Assembly (NCBI GenBank): GCA_046582655.1
Contig: JAYGDX010000082.1
Coordinates: 1-64,000 of the forward strand
Direction: 5' to 3'
DNA: 64,000 nucleotides
From: Candidatus Poribacteria bacterium
Lineage (GTDB): Bacteria; Poribacteria; WGA-4E; UBA9662
Below are positions 58,431 to 64,000 of the stretch, piece by piece. A program made the position numbers and the translations under genes. The stretch's first letter is position 1, and each line of letters opens with the position of its first letter. The notes beneath the pieces are model-generated. The model saw only the letters and a program-made list of their open reading frames with translations, made no database searches and had not been told where the DNA came from.

Positions 58431-59993
58431 TTATCGTCGCCGCCACCATACAATTACACCAGTCAGAAAAACGAAGGTTGGGATAAGAAAAATTGACATC
58501 AACTGAACGAATATAACTTCGTTTGCTGTCATTTTCCGGAGCGAATGAGAACGTGGATCAATCGGACTAATTGAAATCAGATCTTCTTCTAGCGTAAGCC
58601 AATTTACGCTATTCAGGAAAAAATCCCCTCCGCCAGTACTACTTAAAAACAAATTGGATGTGAAATCAGAATCACCAATAACAACAATACGTACTCCATC
58701 CTCTTCTTCAACTGCGACGGCCATCAAGAGTGGAGGAGAAGTATCTTCTCCCACATTGTATTTTGCTAACTGCCAATTTTTCTGTTTTGTTTCTCCCCAA
58801 CTACCTTCCACAGAAATCTGATCTGAGATTTTTGTTAGCGCACTAATTTTAACATTCTTGATGGCATTTTTTGGTTGTAGTGTTAACGACCTGACATCCT
58901 GAAAAATAATAGGAAGTTCTTGAAAACGCATGATCGGATGAAACTCAAAATCCATTACAACGGGAGCCGAGGGCCCACCGAGCACATAGAAGAAACGTGG
59001 ATCAAGAACCAACACGTAATCATTGTTGATCTGTACTCCCCAGCTCGCAATTAGATCAATAAGCGGTTGGTTCGGATTGGTTTCTGCTTCAATCATCGGA
59101 TCAAGCATTAATAGTAATTTCCCACCGTGATTAAGATACCTTCTAACCGCATTCACCTCATGACCGATAAACGCTGATTTTGGAGCAGCAATAACCAACG
59201 CAGTGCAATCTTTGGGCACCTTTTTTTGAGTCGAAAGGGACAGGTTCTCAACAAGGTAGCCTTGGTTCTCTAACGCATCGCCAACTCGATGATATCCCTT
59301 CATTGGATCGAAATCGTCTGTCGACTTTTCGCCATGCCCTATCAGAAAGTAGACCTTCTTCTCTTCTGCACGAGTAACCTTTAGAATCGCACTGGTAAAT
59401 TTCTGCTCGTCGATAACCGTCACTCGTTCCTTTTTACCATTGGCTTCAAAGACAGTGGTTCCATGCGCTCTAATTCCATACTCTTCTACTTTCTTTACTT
59501 GAACATAGGAATCCACAAACTCAATTTTGACTTTAGAGGATTGGCGGTGGTACATTGCCAGTAAGTCTTTTGCCTGATCATATTGACGTTTTTCTGTTTC
59601 GCTCTGGGGGTTACTACTGAAAAACGCAGAGACCTTAACTTCTTGATCTAGTTTTTGTAAAATACCGAGGGTTTGGCCTGAGAGGGTGTACCACTTATCA
59701 GTTGTTAGATCAACAGCTTTATCGAATTTCGTGACAACCAACAGATTGATAATCACAGCAATACCACAAAGAGCTAGGACACTAGCCGCAACGTTGGCGC
59801 TATATTTTGCCTGACGGCTAGAGAGAATCCCGACAATACTCTGAAAACCGAAGACAAGAAACATCCCCAATGACACACAACCAAACAGGAGGAAAAAAGC
59901 AAGTATAATTTTTGATCGAAGCAGATAACTTGCAAATGCGCCACACAGTAGGATTAATGCAATAAAGCCAAAAAGCATGCCATTTTTTTGCAT
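58431..59993 (-). CDS. GldG-family ABC-type uncharacterised transport system auxiliary protein
   Basis: DLT.DK.YTLS.QT..IL..L, EQ.FTSAI, VYFL.GHGEK, GG.LL...DP, VVIGDSDF, NSVNWL; C-terminal TM ending WWRRR. Confidence 0.88.
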   Translation of the reverse strand: MQKNGMLFGFIALILLCGAFASYLLRSKIILAFFLLFGCVSLGMFLVFGFQSIVGILSSRQAKYSANVAASVLALCGIAVIINLLVVTKFDKAVDLTTDKWYTLSGQTLGILQKLDQEVKVSAFFSSNPQSETEKRQYDQAKDLLAMYHRQSSKVKIEFVDSYVQVKKVEEYGIRAHGTTVFEANGKKERVTVIDEQKFTSAILKVTRAEEKKVYFLIGHGEKSTDDFDPMKGYHRVGDALENQGYLVENLSLSTQKKVPKDCTALVIAAPKSAFIGHEVNAVRRYLNHGGKLLLMLDPMIEAETNPNQPLIDLIASWGVQINNDYVLVLDPRFFYVLGGPSAPVVMDFEFHPIMRFQELPIIFQDVRSLTLQPKNAIKNVKISALTKISDQISVEGSWGETKQKNWQLAKYNVGEDTSPPLLMAVAVEEEDGVRIVVIGDSDFTSNLFLSSTGGGDFFLNSVNWLTLEEDLISISPIDPRSHSLRKMTANEVIFVQLMSIFLIPTFVFLTGVIVWWRRR

Positions 59994-59998
59994 TCAAG

Positions 59999-60727
59999 CT
60001 ATTTCCATTTTGCTGATTCAACCGATTTGATGGTAAAAAAAACACAAATAAAAGTAAAACTCAAATAGTAGACGACATCCTTAACAACTATCACACCACG
60101 GGTGAAATCATTAAGATGTTCAATCAAAGAAAGATACTTGAAGAATCTACTTAATGACCCAGCACGATCTGCAAAAGAGCCAATAATCCAGAATACCAGT
60201 AGAATGCCGAAACTAGTCAATGCAGATACAATTTGATTACGAGTCATAGATGAAATCATCAAACCAAAGGATAGGAAAGTTGCTCCAAGTAAAACCATAC
60301 CAGTATAGGCACTGATAATCTGGCCAATGTCCACTTTACCAAACGGAAGAATTAGGAAAGGATAAACAAGCGTTGTAGCCAGCATAGTAAGATACAACAC
60401 AAAACTCGCACAGAATTTACCCAGTACAATTTCAATATCTTTAACAGGTGATGTTCTTAGTAACTCGATTGTCCCAGATCGCTTCTCCTCTGCGAAAAGT
60501 CGCATTGTTACGGCAGGGGCGAAGAAAAGCAAAATTACACTGACATAATTTCGGAACAGTACCTGTATTACGGCAGTACTAAGTTCCTGACGTACGATGG
60601 CACGTTGTAGTATGGCATAAAAGAAGAAACCGGAAAGTCCACCGAAGATTACTAACACAAAATACGCAATTGGAGACACGAAATAAGTATAAATTTCTTT
60701 TGTCGCAATTGTGAGAACATTCTTCAT
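59999..60727 (-). CDS. ABC-2 type permease (GldF-like)
   Basis: IA.KE...YF.SPIAY, TMRLFAEEKRSGTIELL.TSP, IVLGKF, S.T.NQIV. ATG overlaps the upstream TGA. Confidence 0.9.
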   Translation of the reverse strand: MKNVLTIATKEIYTYFVSPIAYFVLVIFGGLSGFFFYAILQRAIVRQELSTAVIQVLFRNYVSVILLFFAPAVTMRLFAEEKRSGTIELLRTSPVKDIEIVLGKFCASFVLYLTMLATTLVYPFLILPFGKVDIGQIISAYTGMVLLGATFLSFGLMISSMTRNQIVSALTSFGILLVFWIIGSFADRAGSLSRFFKYLSLIEHLNDFTRGVIVVKDVVYYLSFTFICVFFTIKSVESAKWK

Positions 60728-61458
60728 GAGGCTGATTGCCAACGAACTTTACCAACAAAAAAAGGACCCAGCGATTCAATATATTTACCTGTCTGCTGGG
60801 TTTTCCGCATATCCTGAACGAGGCGTGATAAAGCATACAGTTCCGGTCCGACTAGTCCAATGACGAATTCGTTATCCAACCGATCCAACCCAAAGCACGC
60901 GAGTCGGACATCAGCTGCATACCCCATCTCTGCGTAAGTGCGACCCAACATGCCGTGTTCTCCCAGAATACGCCCTTGCTCAGCTCCGGACAGCAAATAG
61001 AATTCCGGTTTTCTGCGAAGCGGGTACCAAATTGCCCACGGCATTTCCGGGTTCATCACATTCCGGAGTGGTTTCTCAAATAGCGCTTCGTTTAAATTCT
61101 GTTCACGTCCTGAAGCGTAGGTACGACCAATCATTGTCATCTCAGAACAGTGATCAAGATTTGAAAACCCGGAATTCATCAAAAGCACACGCGTTTGAGT
61201 CAAAATATCAGTTGGCTCTTCAGCAATCAGCAATAAGCCGATCCCAGTAGGATCATTTAGATCATCGTATAAAACAGACCCTACTCCATTAGTCTCTAAA
61301 ACTTCAATTAATGCCGCCGGGTTCTTACAGCCAGAAAACACCTGAAGTTGCAAAAACAGGCGACGGTCACTTACCTGGGATTCTCCATTAACTGGGGCCC
61401 CAAACTCACGAAGATCTAATTTTTCTTGACGGTTTTCCATAATTATAGCATTAGCCAT
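60724..61458 (-). CDS. Chlorite dismutase / coproheme decarboxylase (ChdC/HemQ) superfamily protein
   Basis: WYPLRR..EFY.L....Q..IL.EHG..G..Y (proximal His), GLD..D.EF, LVQ.MR, PFFVG. Confidence 0.8.
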   Translation of the reverse strand: MANAIIMENRQEKLDLREFGAPVNGESQVSDRRLFLQLQVFSGCKNPAALIEVLETNGVGSVLYDDLNDPTGIGLLLIAEEPTDILTQTRVLLMNSGFSNLDHCSEMTMIGRTYASGREQNLNEALFEKPLRNVMNPEMPWAIWYPLRRKPEFYLLSGAEQGRILGEHGMLGRTYAEMGYAADVRLACFGLDRLDNEFVIGLVGPELYALSRLVQDMRKTQQTGKYIESLGPFFVGKVRWQSAS

Positions 61459-61999
61459 TCAGTATATTTGTAGGTAGATGATTTAGCATCAAATAGACAA
61501 TGACGCCGGTGACTGAAACATACAACCAAAGAGGAAAGGTAAGGGATGCTATTTTTCTGTGCAATGTATACTTCGATGAAAAGGCAAAGGCGAACGTGAC
61601 CAAAACCATTGGGAGTACAACAGCTGATAGACCAATATGCGAGATTAAAACAAAGAAGTATATTGGTCTCATCAGGCCTGTACCAGAAAAGGGGGTATCC
61701 CCATGAAAATGATGATAAACAACGTACGATATTAAGAAAAGCATTGAGAATGCAAACGCACCGCACATCAACTTTTGGTGGGATTCTCTTCTTCTATTTT
61801 TGATTAAAACAATTCCGATAATAACGCAAACGGCACTCAGAAAATTTAGAATAGCGTTGACCAAAGACAGATGTTCAGTGAAAGGTAGCTGTGATCCATA
61901 ACCATTTCCCTCTTTAAAATATATCAACCAAACTAAAAATATGATAGCAAGAACACTGATTGCAATCATAGAGACCACAGTAAAAAGTGTATTTTTCAT
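61451..61999 (-). CDS. DUF420 (YozB/CtaM-like) membrane protein
   Basis: NA.LN..S, H.K.M..AF..S..FL.SY..YH, IYF..L.SHI.L, HRKIA....P.WLYVSVTGV.VY. Confidence 0.9.
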   Translation of the reverse strand: MKNTLFTVVSMIAISVLAIIFLVWLIYFKEGNGYGSQLPFTEHLSLVNAILNFLSAVCVIIGIVLIKNRRRESHQKLMCGAFAFSMLFLISYVVYHHFHGDTPFSGTGLMRPIYFFVLISHIGLSAVVLPMVLVTFAFAFSSKYTLHRKIASLTFPLWLYVSVTGVIVYLMLNHLPTNILNG

Positions 62000-62096
62000 T
62001 CTTATTTAACACTCGTATTTAGCATACATTATCAATGGCAGTATTCATAATAGGAACTAGCAGAATTAAGACAGTTGTCATACAAAACAAAAAAAC

Positions 62097-62960
62097 TTAT
62101 GCTTTGTCAATTATCATCACTAGAAAAACTATAGGTAAGTATAGTAAAGAAACATGCATTAGCCGTTTAGCCGCCAGCGTTGTTCGAGATAGCGCGAATA
62201 TAATGCTAAAAGCAAGTAAAACAAATCCACACACCAACGCAAAAGCAAAGTAAACCCAGCCTGCGAGCCCAATGAACTTTGGGAATGAAGCAACTAACAA
62301 CAACAAGATGGAGTGAAACACGATGTGAAACGCGGTACTTTTACCATTTGGGTGTGCCACAGGCAGAAGTCGAACACCAGCCTTGGCGTATTCATGGCGA
62401 TACATCCAAGCAAGAGCAAGTGAGTGCGGCAGTTGCCATAAAAACAGGATGCCGAATAATACCCAAGATTCACGGTTGAGCTGGCCAGTTACGGCAACCC
62501 ATCCAGCGACAGGCGGTAGAGCCCCAGATATGGAGCCAAAAAATGTACTGATTGGGTCTCTTCTCTTGAGTGGGGTATATACAAAAAGGTAGGTGACAAT
62601 AACCACGAAAATTACTGCACTTGCCAGTAAGTTAACTGTCAGGATGAGATACAGCTGGCCAATAGCTGTGATGGTAATTCCGAAAAGCAAAGCTTCAGTT
62701 GGACTGACTCGGCGACCCGGTAATGGTCGTGATTGTGTTCGTCCCATTATTCCATCAATATCTCGCTCCATATATTGATTTAATGCAAGTGACCCACCTG
62801 CTGCCAATGCTGTCCCCAATAACAAATGGATCAGAGAAATCCAGTTAATGGTTTTCTCCTGCGAAGCGAGGTAGAATCCTGCACCGACAGTGACTAAAAC
62901 CATCAGAACAAGCCGTGGTTTGGTAAGTGCAAACAGGTTTTTTGCTTGACGCATAGGCAC
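62097..62960 (-). CDS. ctaB: Protoheme IX farnesyltransferase (heme O synthase)
   Basis: LTKPR, LNQY.ERDID..M.RT..RPLP, YTPLKR, GALPP..GW, LWQLPH..AL, EY.KAG..LLP. Confidence 0.95.
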   Translation of the reverse strand: MPMRQAKNLFALTKPRLVLMVLVTVGAGFYLASQEKTINWISLIHLLLGTALAAGGSLALNQYMERDIDGIMGRTQSRPLPGRRVSPTEALLFGITITAIGQLYLILTVNLLASAVIFVVIVTYLFVYTPLKRRDPISTFFGSISGALPPVAGWVAVTGQLNRESWVLFGILFLWQLPHSLALAWMYRHEYAKAGVRLLPVAHPNGKSTAFHIVFHSILLLLVASFPKFIGLAGWVYFAFALVCGFVLLAFSIIFALSRTTLAAKRLMHVSLLYLPIVFLVMIIDKA

Positions 62961-62986
62961 GATTTCGACGGGGTTACTTTATTATA

Positions 62987-64000
62987 TCATACAGGAACTC
63001 CGCCTGTCGGGCTAGAAGCATATCCTTTGAATCCAGACGAATATAAGAAGATACGGAGAGTCAGTATAACCGACGTAACAAGCATAAACGCACCAACAAC
63101 TAGATGCCCCGTAGTAATGGCAATTCGGGTTAAATATGTCAAGCTATCACCAAGTTGAAATTCACTTAACCACGCACCAATTCCCAGAACAACTTGAAGA
63201 ATGAGAAATACTCCGAGAAATAAGGAGGGAACCGTAAATTTGGCAAAGTTCCTGTGGTGAATAAAAACACGACTTATAATCCATAGCACACAGTTTGCCA
63301 CCAAGATAGCAAAGAAAACATGAGTCTGAAGTTGGGAAGCGGTGTGACGTAAGATAGCCCCCCATATCAATTGGCAATATACTCCCCCTGTGGTGAAGAT
63401 ACTAAGGCGACGAAGTAAAACTGCTCCTTCGACTTGATGATGTCCTTCAGTCCACTCTCGAGAGGTGAACAGAATTAACCCGCAACATAAAGCCAAGAAT
63501 GCTTGTGCCAGACACGCATGGATAACAGCAAAGATAACACTTATTTCGGTCACCCGCAATCCACCAAGAACACCCTGAGTAATAACACCAAACAACGCAA
63601 TCCCACCCAGCCACTTCATCCATCTTCGTTGATCAAACTTCCAAATGCTAATTGCCAGCAAAATCGTGAGTAAGCCAACAATAGATCCCATCAAGCGGTG
63701 ACTATGCTCAGCAAATACACCTCGCACATAAACCTCTAACTCACTTGCTGTTTTCCTAACAGTAAAAATTCTATGATTTTTACCATCATTGAGACGCCAT
63801 AGTTTTCCTAATTCAATTACTTCGATTTCACTAATAGGACTGAGGGAAATATGATCATCTTTTGTCTCAATTGCATCTCGCAACCTGGGAGAAAGATTGG
63901 AGTTGTCCAAATCTACCTGTAACCCTGCATCGATTGAAAGGATATATCCACTAATTGTCTTTGAGAGTGGATACGAAAACATATTATAACCAAAGGTAGT
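62987..64000 (-). CDS. ctaA: Heme A synthase (COX15/CtaA family), 5'-truncated by the window edge, with an inserted soluble module
   Basis: Frame continues to 64000 (TTFGYN-MFSYP); EHSHRL, QGVLGGLRV, HACLAQ, GAILRH, H, LQ..LG and H.VVGA heme-ligand motifs. Confidence 0.9.
   Translation of the reverse strand, partial: TTFGYNMFSYPLSKTISGYILSIDAGLQVDLDNSNLSPRLRDAIETKDDHISLSPISEIEVIELGKLWRLNDGKNHRIFTVRKTASELEVYVRGVFAEHSHRLMGSIVGLLTILLAISIWKFDQRRWMKWLGGIALFGVITQGVLGGLRVTEISVIFAVIHACLAQAFLALCCGLILFTSREWTEGHHQVEGAVLLRRLSIFTTGGVYCQLIWGAILRHTASQLQTHVFFAILVANCVLWIISRVFIHHRNFAKFTVPSLFLGVFLILQVVLGIGAWLSEFQLGDSLTYLTRIAITTGHLVVGAFMLVTSVILTLRIFLYSSGFKGYASSPTGGVPV

Noticed and set aside
63725..63946. CtaA insert as an intein
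   Set aside because: Too short and lacks the C-terminal His-Asn followed by Cys/Ser/Thr splice junction.
1..64000. rRNA, tRNA, riboswitch or CRISPR array
   Set aside because: None recognised by eye in the intergenic regions; tRNAscan-SE and Infernal would be needed to exclude them formally.

Overview
Bacterial chromosomal window of moderate GC (about 40-45% by eye). It is most consistent with Candidatus Poribacteria (inference): there is a LamG-type secreted protein at the left edge and two CBM9-like secreted proteins ending in a 'GKLxxxWxxxK' tail. Housekeeping genes include rlmB, panC, rimI, trmB, a YmdB-like gene, dxs, a YitJ-like methionine enzyme, a plant-type FNR and a ctaA-ctaB-DUF420-ChdC/Cld-like heme block. 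These are interleaved with two decayed IS elements (IS5 and IS982 families, both with terminal inverted repeats) and many gene remnants (MFS, RadC, NUDIX, GH99-like, TIR, TPR-methyltransferase). The most notable element is a six-gene minus-strand operon (34409-46190) under a near-consensus sigma70 promoter. It encodes a ~2390-aa secreted/membrane protein with a catalytically degenerate, nicalin/nicastrin-like M28 ectodomain, nested LysM and acidic repeats, and an FtsX/MacB-type permease. The other five genes encode a 2-TM microprotein, an OPT-like transporter, a soluble two-domain protein, a stand-alone PqqD/RRE protein and a LolD/MacB-type ATPase; no RiPP-modifying enzyme is present. A second theme is in-frame ~70-140-aa module insertions inside otherwise ordinary proteins (CtaA, FGE-family, SurA-like, pentapeptide). 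No rRNA, tRNA, CRISPR array or reverse transcriptase was recognised. All family calls come from motif recognition by eye, not from database searches.
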